Positions 1-11,053 of a stretch of DNA of 64,000 nucleotides are shown here, in pieces (position 1 is the first letter of the stretch; the number at the start of each line of letters is the position of its first letter). Origin of the DNA: Marsupella aquatica. Taxonomy: Eukaryota; Plantae; Marchantiophyta. The position numbers and the translations under genes are program-made. Below the pieces are notes generated by a model. It made no database searches. It was not told where the DNA came from and worked only from the letters and a program-made list of their open reading frames with translations. Location of the stretch: positions 4,112,410 to 4,176,409 of the forward strand of contig OZ316892.1 in assembly GCA_973895155.1 (NCBI GenBank), read 5' to 3'.

Positions 1-159
1 GTGAAGATAGGTCCGCAGCCAAAGAAAACAAGGCCCCCTGCCTGGTCACTATTCACTTCTGCCCAAGTGAACAGTGCCATCCCATTCTGTTCCACCCCCG
101 ACCTCGCTTACTGGCTATCTGCAAAGAAGGAAAGATGTTGGCTGAGTTGGGTTGTAACC

Positions 160-256
160 GTGGAAAAGCATGGTTAGGCTAATGAGTGCTGTCAACCAAA
201 GTAGGGTGGAAAAGCATGGTTAGGCTAATGATGGCTGTCAACCAAAGTAGGGTGGG
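160..256. repeat. ~46-bp tandem duplication
   Basis: GTGGAAAAGCATGGTTAGGCTAATGA..GCTGTCAACCAAAGTAGG occurs twice in tandem. Confidence 0.85.
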
Positions 257-943
257 AGGTTTTTGAGGGCACAAAAACACGGATTCAAACTTCTCATGTG
301 ACTTTGGATGAAGGCGACAGTTGTTGGCCAAGTTGCACGCAGTGCAGGAGCTGGCCCCTGTTTAACTCAACCATGCTCGAAAACTCAGTTCACTTTATGG
401 ATATCTAAAACTTTTGCAAATTTCTCACAAAATAGAAAGTATTCTGGAAGCCATTGTCTTCCAGTTGAAGATCTTGTTGTCTGTCTATCTCGGAATGGTG
501 AGCGGATTCCTCATACTTCTAATATCAGTGGTGTCCATTGTCATGGTTTTATCGAGATAGAACGTACCCAAACTAGAAGTTTGAAGCTAGGATGGATGCC
601 TGCTTCTGGTTTGGTGCTAGGGAAGAATTATTTTATCTGGGCACCCTCCATCCTGTGGGAACACCAGCATATCCCTTGGGAGCTTCAAACTCCCTAGACA
701 AGTGACAAACCTTCAACGCAATTTATTCCTTAATCTCTTGTGGAGAACACTGCAACTCACTCCAAATATCAAGGCAGGCTCTTAGACAAGGATGGACCTC
801 ATCACTCCAAAATATGTCTGGTCTTTTGCTGTCTACCTGTCATGGTAATGTGCAACTAGCCACAAGGTAGTATGGCTGGCAAAAGATGTAAAATACAGGA
901 CATTGGGGAATTTCAATACTGTGTAAAATGAACGGATGATGGA

Positions 944-1250
944 GGAAGGGAAAACTACCAACGAACCCTTACAAGTTGCCTAATTTACCAAAATGCCCCT
1001 CCTAATCGTTGGCATGCAAGTGTTCTCATTACTCTGCAGAACGAACTAAAACTATAGGAAGGGAAAATTATCAAAGAACCCTCACAAATTGATTAATTTA
1101 CCAAATTACCCCTCCTAATTCTATGGAATGCAACTGTTCTCATTACTCTGCAGAACGAACTAATAATATAGAAAGGGAAAATTACCAACGAACGCTGACA
1201 AGTTGCCTAATTTACCACAATACCGCTCCTAATTCTTTGGAGTGCAAGTG
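944..1250. repeat. ~113-bp tandem repeat, about 2.7 diverged copies
   Basis: Units beginning GAAGGGAAAA(C/T)TA(C/T)CAA start near 944, 1056 and 1170. Confidence 0.75.
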
Positions 1251-1529
1251 TTCCTTCTGCTGCCTGTCAATGGCCATTGAGAGTAGTTTGCTATGCAATG
1301 TGCACTGTGATGCACAATACAGGACAATATATAGACTACGATTTGTTGCAAGTCCCCTACAAGAGTCAGTGGCCTTGTGAGAAACAAGGAACACCTTTGC
1401 CTAGTTGAGACATTGCAGGGATATTCTAGTAAATTCCAAACTTTAATGGCATTTTGGTATTTTTGGTAGCTTATTGGGGTAAGTTTAAAACTTTCCCATG
1501 CATGAATACATGCACACAATGTGCAACCT

Positions 1530-1940
1530 AATACCAATGTCAGCTGTCACCGAGGTTAATCATTTATAACCCAGTCTACAACGAAGTACTTTTCCAGTAT
1601 ACCCTTAATTTGGGCTTCACTGTGACTTGTCCAGGATTAGCTAAGATAACCTACGTAAAACCATTGTCTGTTGTAACCCTGGTTAACAATTTCTCAACCT
1701 AGTCTACCATGGAGTCCTTTTCCAGTTTACAGCTAATTAAACTTCTCTGTGACTTCTCCATGGTTAGTTTAGCCTAAATACCATTGCCCGCTGCAACCCT
1801 GGGTAACAGTTTCTCAACCCAGTCCACTACGGGAGGACTTCTGCAGTGTACACTTAATTAAGGTTCCCTGAACATGTCCAGGGTTAATTAGGTACCATTG
1901 TCAGTTGTAACTTTCTTTAAAACGGTTCTCAACCCAGCCG
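1530..1940. repeat. ~120-125-bp diverged tandem repeat, 3-4 copies
   Basis: ACCA(A/T)TG...AACC(C/T)AG motif recurs near 1532, 1660, 1780 and 1893. Confidence 0.65.
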
Positions 1941-2349
1941 ATTACTTTCAGGAAAGGCAGTCGCATAAAATGACGTGGGGCCAATAAGGTCAGGCCAAGA
2001 GGACGACAGACTGACAGAGGAAGCTAAGGGGGGCGTTGAGATAGAACCATAAGTTTAGTGCGCGCTGTGGTAGGGAGGCAGTACAAGGGCCTGGAGCATA
2101 CCGTGGGTTGCATACATACCTGGGCGGGGTTAATCGCTGATCCTGAAGGGCGACAGCCTAAGACGAGCTCTCCCATTGCACATGACGGCCGGGTGAGTCT
2201 TAGCATTTCTCCAAGGGGAATATGCACGTCATAATTTGTGCTCGAGGAGGCTCGCGTTCGCGCGGCCTCCACCAATGTAAAAGGACCATCATCTGAATTT
2301 TGATATGGACGGCGCGTCCTCCGATTTTCAGGTGTCCAGGCAGTTTTCC

Positions 2350-4345
2350 TTCGTCGCAGTCAGTCGGAGGATCTTGTCTGGTCTTGCGATTTCTTCAACA
2401 TTCGGTGTTGAGACAGCTTCTTCTGAATCGTCGTCGGGATCTAGTGAGGTTCGCGCGTTTCTTCAACCACTCAGTCAGTCGGAGGATCGTCTTGCGATTT
2501 CTTCAACATTCGGTGTTGAGACAGTCTTCTGCTGAATCGTCGTCGGGATTTAGTGAGGTTTGCGCGTTTCTTCAACCACTGCGTCGAGACAGCCTTTTTT
2601 CAATGGTCGTCGGGTTTATGTAAGGTTCGCGCGTTTTGTACAACCTTCGGTGTTGAGACAGTCTTCTTCTGAATCGTCGTCGGGATTTAGTGAGGTTCGC
2701 GCGTTTCCTCAACCACTGCGTCGAGACAGCCTTTTTTCAATGGTCGTCGGGTTTATGTAAGGTTCGCGCGTTTTGTACAACCTTCGGTGTTGAGACAGGT
2801 TCTTCTGAATCGTCGTCGGGATTTAGTGAGGTTCGCGCGTTTCTTCAACCACTGCGTCGAGACAGCCTTTTTTCAATGGTCGTCGGGTTCATGTAAGGTT
2901 CGCGCGTTTTGTACAACCTTCGGTGTTGAGACAGGTTCTTCTGAATCGTCGTGGGGATTTAGTGAGGTTCGCGCGTTTCTTCAACCACTGCGTCGAGACA
3001 GCCTTTTTTCAATGGTCGTCGGGTTTATGTAAGGTTCGCGCGTTTTGTACGACCTTCGGTGTTGAGGCAGTCTCCTTCTAAATCTTCGTCGGGATTTAGT
3101 GAGGTTCGCGCGTTTTTTCAACCACTGTCGAGACAGCTTTTTCTCAATGGTCGTCGGGATTATGTGAGGTTCGCGCGTTTCTACAACCTTCGGTGTTGAG
3201 ACAGCTCCTTCTGAATCGTCGTCGGGATTAAGTGAGGTGCGCGCGTTTCTTCAACCACTGTGTCGAGACGGCTTTCTCTCAATGGACGTCGGGATTATGT
3301 GAGGTTCGCGCGTTTCTTCAACTTTCGATGTCTAGACAGCTTTTTCTCCATCGTCGTTGGGATTAAGTGAGGTTCGCGCGTTTCTACTTCCTTCGGTGTT
3401 GAGACAGCCTCTTCTGAACCGTCGTCGGGATTAAGTGAGGTTCGCGCGTTTCTTCAACCTTCGGTGTCTAGACAGCTTTTTCTCAATGGTCGTCGGGATT
3501 ATGTGAGGTTCGCGCGTTTCTACAACCTTCGGTGTCGAAACAGCTTTTTCTCAATTGTCGTCGGGTTTAAGTGAGGTTTGTGCGATTCTTCAACCTTCGG
3601 TGTCGAGACAGCTTCTTCTGAATCGTCGTCGGGATTAAGTGAGGTTCGCGCGTTTCTTCGACCTTAGGTGTCGAGACAGCTTTCTCTCAACCGTCGTCAT
3701 TTTGGGATTAGTCATTGGGGTTTAAGTGAGGTTTGCGCGTTTCTTCAACCTTTGCTGTCGAGACAGTCTTTCCTCAACCGCCGTCGTCGGGATCTAAGAG
3801 GTGCGGGCGTTTCTCTTACAGTCGGGTCGAGAGTGGATCGAGACAGTGCTTTAACTTTAGTGTCGAGAGTCGAGATAGTGCTCCATCGTTATCGGGGTCG
3901 AATTGAGAGGTCGGGGGGTTTCTCCAACCTCTGCTGTGGAGAGGTTAGACTCCTGCTCCATCACTATCGGGACCTAATCGGGAGTTTCGGGCATTGCACC
4001 ACCCTTTGGTGTCGACAGTCGAGATATTGCTCCATCGTTATCGGGAGCTAATTGAGAGGCTCTGGCATTTCTCCAACATTTGGTGTTGAGAGTCGAGACA
4101 GTGGTCCATCGTTATCGAAAGCTAAATGAGAGCTTCCGGCGTTTCTCAAACCTTTGGGGCCGAGAGTCAAACAGTGCTCCTTTGTTATCGCGTATAATTT
4201 AGAGATTCGGGCATTGCTCCAACCTTTGGTTTCGAGAGTAGAGACTTCGAGAGTTGAGACAGTACTCTATAGTTCTCGTAATCTAATTGAGAGGTTCGGG
4301 CATTGCTCTAACCTTTGGTGTTGAGAGTCGAGACAGTGGTCCATC
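2350..4345. repeat. CpG-rich minisatellite: ~68-bp monomer, 136-bp dimers, decaying into ~72-bp diverged units
   Basis: Core TCGGTGTTGAGACAG...TCGTCGTCGGGATTTAGTGAGGTTCGCGCGTTTCTTCAACC repeats about 20 times. ORF-track ends 2760/2896/3032 are spaced exactly 136 bp. Confidence 0.92.
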
Positions 4346-5254
4346 GACGGGTGTAGCTGAGAGGTGCCGCTGCTAATTAGGTGTTCTTCTGCGACGACGG
4401 AATTATAGCAGAAGCATATTTCATGAACAGTCGAACGGGAGGAAGTAATTAACGGGCACTGTGTGAAGTGCTGGATGCTGGAGGTTTTCTTTTGGAATTT
4501 GAATGGTAGTAATTTTCGTAGATAGACTTCTTCAAACCTCGAAACGAGAAGCTGTGACGTGAATGTTAAGAGTAGGTGACGACTTTTCGTCGAATTTGGC
4601 CTCTTCGGAAGTAGTGCTTGCTTCTCAGGAACGTTTTGCGCGACAGTTTCTTGATTTGGTGTAGGGTTTCAGGGTTTATAGTTTTGTACGATGCGAATGA
4701 CACTGAAGAGTTTTGTCCTTGAAGATGCGAGCTCACGGTTTTGGATCCCTGGCATCGTGATTGAGGGGTTAGAGTTTAGCATGAGGCCAATTTACACTGC
4801 GCCATGTCTCCGTTCCTGAATAGTGTTATCCTTAAAGAAGCCAGTTCATGGATCTGGATTACTGGCATCGTGTTCACTTGTGGAACCGAGCGCGGGTGGT
4901 GGTTGAGGTACAGTATCTTAAAGTGAAAGTGTGCTCACAGAAGCCAGTTCAGTTGGAGTCCAATTGTTTCTGTCCGTGGCGGGGGAGACATACTAAGGTT
5001 TCGCATCGTCCTCCCAGAATGGTTACAACAAATCCACGAGGTCTCCACCCTCCCCAGTTATCTGCATCGCCCCTCCCTAAACCTGAATTCGAGTGTGTGG
5101 CAAACCTTCACCTATGACTGCGGTGGACGGAGTTTCTACCTCACAAGGGTGCATGTTTTCTGACTCCCTGCAATGGAGATGTGCCCTTCCGCTATCAACA
5201 ATGTCACGTTTCGAGAACATGTAGTGCATGATTGTGCTCCCCAGAAGCCTCAGC

Positions 5255-6190
5255 GTAGGTGCACAGCTTGCTGTTCAGACTCGAGATCATTGCAGTTTGG
5301 TTTACCCAGACTCGAATGGTCTTGACTCAGACAACAAGTTGGGTTCACCACCTCCATGTCGCAGTGTGCCGAACTTTCTATTTAGAGTCCAGTCCCTTAG
5401 TGTGAACAACTTTCTGGTGCACAACTTGCTGTTGAGAGTCGAGGTTGTTGAAGTTCGGTTTACCCGGACTGGACTTCAATGATCTCGACCCAGGACGCCA
5501 AGTTGTGTCCATCACCTCCATATGGCTACGTGCACAATTGAATCAACAACACGAGTGCACACTTTGCTGTTCAGAGTCTAGATCAATGCAGTTTGGTTTA
5601 CCCAGACTTCAATGATCCCGACCCAGGATAGCAATGTCCCTCGATTCACCGCTTCCATGTGGCCACGTGCACAACTGAATCAACAACATAGGTGCACAAT
5701 TTGCTGTTGATTCTAGATCTATGAAGTTCGGTTTTACCAAGACTTCAATGATCTCGACTCAGGACACCAAGGTCTGCACTTCACAACAGTTTTGATCTAT
5801 GAAGTTCGGTTTTACCAAGACTTCAATGATCTCGACTCAGGACACCAAGGTCTGCACTTCACAACAGTTTTGCTCCACGGTAGAACACTTCCATTTCCAT
5901 CTGACATCACTTGGGTTGGACAACATTTTTACTTGACGTCAGTGGCGCCCAATAACATTTACACTGAACAACAGTTGCCCTTGACAACCTCAAAATGATC
6001 AACATTTCCATCTCGTGCCCAATAACATTTACACTGAACAACAGTTGCCCTTGACAACCTCAAAATGATCAACATTTCCATCTGACATCACTTGGGTTGG
6101 ACAACATTGTTACTTGACGTCAGTGGCGCCCAATAACATATACACTGAACAACAGTTGCCCTTGACAACCTCAAAATGATCAACAACAGT
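5255..6190. repeat. Cluster of tandem repeats (~135-bp units, a ~77-bp exact duplication, further duplications at 5890-6190)
   Basis: GTGCAC(A)..TTGCTGTT..AGA..C.AG motif x4; GATCTATGAAGTTCGG...ACAACAGTTT x2; CCCAATAACAT.TACACTGAACAACAG x3. Confidence 0.8.
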
Positions 6191-6834
6191 ACTGCTCAAT
6201 TATTTGCCTTGATTGATAGCACTTCGGCTACAGTTCATGAAGATTGCCCAAATTTTGTTTACAGCCACTTTAATTTAAGAAGAGGGAGTAACAAATGAAC
6301 TTGAAAGATCAAGAACTAAGGACAAAGGCGCTCGCATGGATTTTCTTGTGAATTCAAAGCGAAATTTTCCAAATTGTCGGTCAAGTCAAATGTAATAATT
6401 ACTGACAAACAAGATGAGCAATGAATTGATGCCGTGAGAAAAAAGGCATCTAAGATCAGGCAGCGAAAGACACTGCAGTTATCGAAACGTTCCTTCTCAA
6501 GCAAAATTGAATCACTAGCTTGGTCTTTGCATGAAGTTGACGAATAAGTGCCAGAAGTTCATTGTCAACAGTCTGGAGGAGACTCGTGTGCAAGAGCCAG
6601 GGCATTGTGAAACTTCTCTAGTTTTACTGTTAAAAAAAGAAACTCTTAGGCCTTTTAATGCTTAGGCCCTAAAACCAGGTCCTAAAAGGGAGGCCCAAAG
6701 TCTCTCTAAAGGGGACAATGGGCAAAACAACCATGAGAAGTATGAAGGGTGAGTGGTATTCTAGTGCTCAGGCCCTAAAAGGGAGGCAAAAGGTTTCTCT
6801 AATGGATATATCAACCACTTGTAAGTGCATAACA

Positions 6835-7345
6835 CGCTCCTCCATAGGTGGGTATGTCCTAGCCAACTAAGTAAGATGCTCTACCTAAGTGAAAGCATCT
6901 CAAAAGCATCATAAAGGCACTTCAAGGATCGCTCCTCCATAGGTGGGTATGTCCTAGCCAACTAAGTAAGATGCTCTACCTAGGTGAAAGAATCTCAAAA
7001 GCATCATAAAGGCACTTCAAGGATCGCTCCTCCATAGGTGGGTATGTCCTAGCCAACTAAGTAAGATGCTCTACCTAGGTGAAAGAATCTCAAAAGCATC
7101 ATAAAGGCACTTCAAGGATCACGTATCCTATAAAGATCAAGGATCACAAATGCACTTAGGTAGCAAGGAAGTTGGGACTAAATCCTATAAAGAACTAGCA
7201 AAAGTAGTCACTACCAAGTGGTGTATCCTATAAAGATCAAGGTTCACATATACTAGGATCAAGGATCACAAATGCACTTAGGTAGCAAGGAAGTTGGGAC
7301 TAAATCCTATAAAGAACTAGCAAAAGTAGTCACTACCAAGTGGTG
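6835..7345. repeat. 95-bp tandem repeat x3 followed by ~122-bp repeat x2
   Basis: CGCTCCTCCATAGGTGGGTATG starts at 6835, 6930 and 7025; GATCAAGGATCACAAATGCACTTAGG...TACCAAGTGGTG occurs twice. Confidence 0.9.
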
Positions 7346-7477
7346 AACTGAGTATCCAAAGAACACCTGGAGCACACCAAAAACCCAGGTGGTGCTCTAA
7401 ATTTGAGGGTAACCCTCAAGGACCCCACCAAACAGCACCAACTACGCAAAAAGGATGACTACCGTTTTCCCCCGAAC

Positions 7478-7821
7478 TGTTAGATATTGCTCTAGTCTTG
7501 TGACTCATGAGCTAACCACAGTTAGTCTAACTCGGGTTAGGACTTAGCTAATGTTAGTGGTAGTGTTGTTGTGTATATAGCCAGGGCTGATGCCAGACCC
7601 TGGTGGAACTTAGGCTCATTGTTACGGAGCTAGTTGAGAGATAGGGAGAGCTTGTGCTGTGGATGTTTGGTATGGCCGGTCGGCCTAGAGTGCAGTAAAG
7701 CTCTTGTGTGTTCCCGTGGACGTAGCCTCATGTGGAGGTGAACCACGTATCTCTCTGTGTTGACTATTGTGCGTTGGATGGTTCATGGGCTTGCCGTTAC
7801 GAATGTCGTCTATGCTCAACA
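7478..7821 (+). repeat. Copia 5' LTR (344 bp)
   Basis: TGTTAGATATTG...TATGCTCAACA; matches 31023-31370 with about 11 substitutions and a 4-bp indel by my count. Confidence 0.97.
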
Positions 7822-7823
7822 AG

Positions 7824-7835
7824 TGGTATGAGAGC
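7824..7835 (+). promoter_or_regulatory. Primer-binding site (tRNA-iMet type)
   Basis: TGGTATGAGAGC, one mismatch to TGGTATCAGAGC, 2 nt after the LTR. Confidence 0.85.
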
Positions 7836-9319
7836 ATGCTTGGGAGGTGACAAGGTTTTTTTGTGATAGGTTTTTCCAGCGTTCATTGTCGCTGATACAT
7901 TCGGAGTTTCGTCGCATGAAACTCAAATGTGTGTGGCTGTGAGGACAGGTTAGTGAGAGGGCTTTCTAACGGTGGTTAGAACTCGCTGATCGGTATCCGT
8001 GGTGCGGAGGAATTGAAGTTTGCGTCATTCAGGTTTTATTCGTGTTCGATGACTTTTCGGGGGAGAGACCAGAGATCGCATTTTTCAACGGTGTGAGCCG
8101 TGCGGTGCGAGAGGGATCGCACATTATAGCTCAAGTTGAAGGTTGAAGCGAGCTGGTCGTTTCGGTAGCTGGATTGCTGCCGAGTTGTTACCAAGTGTGT
8201 CGTGACGAGTGAAGGAGGCGTTCAGGTTTTTTCACAAGCTATGGAGCTTGTTCCCATCTGAACCGGGTTTCTCTTTGTGACGTCCGACTCGGTGGAAGAA
8301 ACACGAAGTGCTACGGCTCAACGGTTTGATCACGGCGAGGCGGTCGTTTTGAGTCCGGGAATGGCACTTGATGCGGAGTGAAGGCGACACGACAAAATTT
8401 TTGACTCTGCTGAGCTTGTAGACGGCGCCAACTCAATTCGGCAACTTTTCATGTCGGTGCACTTCACTTTCTCTAGCTAAACGGCATTTAGGTTTATTAC
8501 ACGGCCTTATTTGTGGTTAAATCAACTTTGTTTTTAAAGGTTACTTTAGACTCCCGTTTTACTGCCTTGCCCTACGGGGGTTCCCTCGGCCCGGTCCTCC
8601 TTATTTACCACCACGCCCCGCCCCTCTGTACTTCAGCTGAGCCCAGCCGGCCCTGCCTTCCCTCTCGCGACCGGGACCTGCCGCCCGTCGCCCCTCCCTC
8701 GTCATTTTTTCCCCGTACGCGGCTGCGTACGCAGCCGCCCGTATTCTCCCCCGATGTTACGCCCTTCGTACCCCCGGCCCATACGGGGTATTTTTGGCAA
8801 ATAAGGGGCTTTGGACCCCCTTTAGGGCCCCTTTTTAACCTTTTTTCCCTCTTTCTTATTTTACTTGGAAACGGGACTAGCCGCCCTCCGTTTTCACCGC
8901 TCCGACAAGGGGAACGGCCCCCTATGAGACCTATCAGACCGTGCGGGAATATTCCTGAAAAACAGAGAGCTGTTTTTTGGCCGTCCGACAAAGATTTTGT
9001 CTGCCGAACGATAACTTTTTTGGTTCTTTTTCGGTGAGGACGTTGCCACTGGAGTTAGCAACGCGGCGCACCAATCACATCGTGATTCCGACGACGGGTT
9101 GTTCTGGGTATTTTGGTTATTCTCCGAGGTGGTCAAAATGGGGGAGTTTCTCAAGGTTTTACCCACCCTAACCAAAATTTGAATAACTTTTCCGTCAAAT
9201 TTTGATTTTGATTTCGGCTTTCAGTATTGGACTCCTAGCTTCGTGGGCTACGCGGCAGTGTTGAGTTTTGAGTTTTATGAGAAGTTTCAAAAAAAGACGT
9301 TTTTTCGTGATTGTTTCAT

Positions 9320-10457
9320 ATGAGTGACTCGGAGGATATTGGAAGAATTGGCGTCGGTGGAGCTTCAGGATCGCGATGGTCAGACGGAGAGTCTGAGGAA
9401 GAGCTGCTACCGTTTGAGGAGGAACTAGTGACACCGGTAAGATCATCGGTGCGGCGTGCAATGGAGGAAGCTGTACTACTACCAGAGCTGTTGGTAGTGG
9501 GGAAGAAGAGGAAGATGGCTAGATTTGGAGGAGTGAAGTTTGAGGTGGAGAAGTATGATGGTCATACTGATTACTTGCTCTGGGAGAAGCAAGTGAAGGG
9601 TGTTCTACGTGCCATGGGCTTAGCTCATCTGCTTTCTTTGCGAGAGCAGTATGATGAAGAGGAGGAGATTTCTGTGAGATAGTGGAGACAGGAGCAGGTG
9701 ATTGCTGTCAACGCAGTGATGCTATATCTCAAGCCGCACATCATCAAATAACTAGATGATTATGCGGATTGCACGTCACTATTCAAGGCTCTAAGAGAGA
9801 AGTACTACCGGAAAGATGTGTCAGACCGGCTGTACAAGAAGTCTCTCTTGACGAGCCTCAGGCTCAAGGAAAGGAGCAAGATGCAAGATCACTTGGATGA
9901 GTTTGACAGTCTAGCGGTGGATCTGTCAAACCTGGGAAAAGGAGTTGAAGATGAGGATAAGGCCTTGCTTTTGCTAAGCTCCTTACCGCCGTCATATCAG
10001 GGCTTGAAATAGGTGCTCTTGTACAGAGATCTAAAGTCCATTTTGTATAATGAGGTGGTGAGCTCTTTACTGTCTGATGATGCTTAGAAGAAGCTGGGTC
10101 AATCACAGACAGCATCTTCTTCTGGCAGTGCACTGAATGTGAACCGTGGGAGAGCAGCGCAACGCTCAAATGGACAGAACAGGTGTAGATCTACATCACG
10201 GGGGAGATCTAAATCCAGAGGAAAATCACAAGAGAGAAAGCCTCTTGCATGTTGGAATTGTGGCAAGCCTGGCCACATGAAAAGGGATTGTCGAGTAAAG
10301 GTCCCTACTGCATCTGCTAACGCGGCATCGAGCTTGCATGAGGTAGATTTACTCGATGATGATGACATATTGTGATGCCAAGGTTATCCTCTCAACGTAG
10401 TGTCAAATCCAGGTAGTGATGACTGGATTCTAGATAGTGCATGTAGTTTTCACATTT
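9320..10457 (+). pseudogene. gag: Copia gag, zinc knuckle and start of protease, with stops
   Basis: KFEVEKYDG..YLLW (Tnt1-like N-terminus), EDKALLLLSSLPPSY, CWNCGKPGHMKRDC knuckle, DWILDSACSFHI protease motif at 10421-10456. Confidence 0.93.
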
Positions 10458-11053
10458 ATCACTATATTCATTAAAACTGAAATTATAAATGATATAGGGA
10501 AATTTGGCGATTTAAAAACATAGTTTTAGGCATGAAAATTGTAAGTTTGGAAGATGAAAAATGAAAATTCAAGCATCATTAAATGTAAAATTGAGGACAA
10601 AAAATGAAATTTTGGGAAAATAAAATATTAAATTGGATGATATTAAAAAATATTTGGGTGATAAAAGTGTTCATTTGGTTGGAAAATAGATAGAATCTAG
10701 TAATAACATATAAGCTTGGATAGCATCTATATTCAAAACATTTAGCTTGAGTAAGATATCTAACTAAGCACCAATACAATGGAATGACTATATTGTCTAG
10801 ACAAAGTTAACTAGGATGATATCCAACCTACTAGACTAGAAGGAATGAAATGACATCATTTTCTAGAATTAAAATATACTAAGACAAATAAAATAATAAT
10901 TATAAGAAAGTCCATTCAATAACTTTGAGAGATCATAGAGTATTAATTTGATTGTCTTGTTATCTCACTTTAGACAAACGCATGGAAATCAACTCGACCC
11001 TCTTAATCACAAGTCATTTGAGTGGAGACTTGTAACCTACGAGTTCTATCAAT

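Noticed and set aside
308-697. 129-aa ORF at the window start
   Set aside because: No recognisable domain; it lies among repeats.
2300-4051. ORFs in the minisatellite, and a CRISPR interpretation of it
   Set aside because: The ORFs are by-products of tandem repetition in several frames, and there are no unique spacers.
8513-9175. Overlapping ORFs in the copia leader
   Set aside because: GC-rich non-coding leader with no protein motifs.
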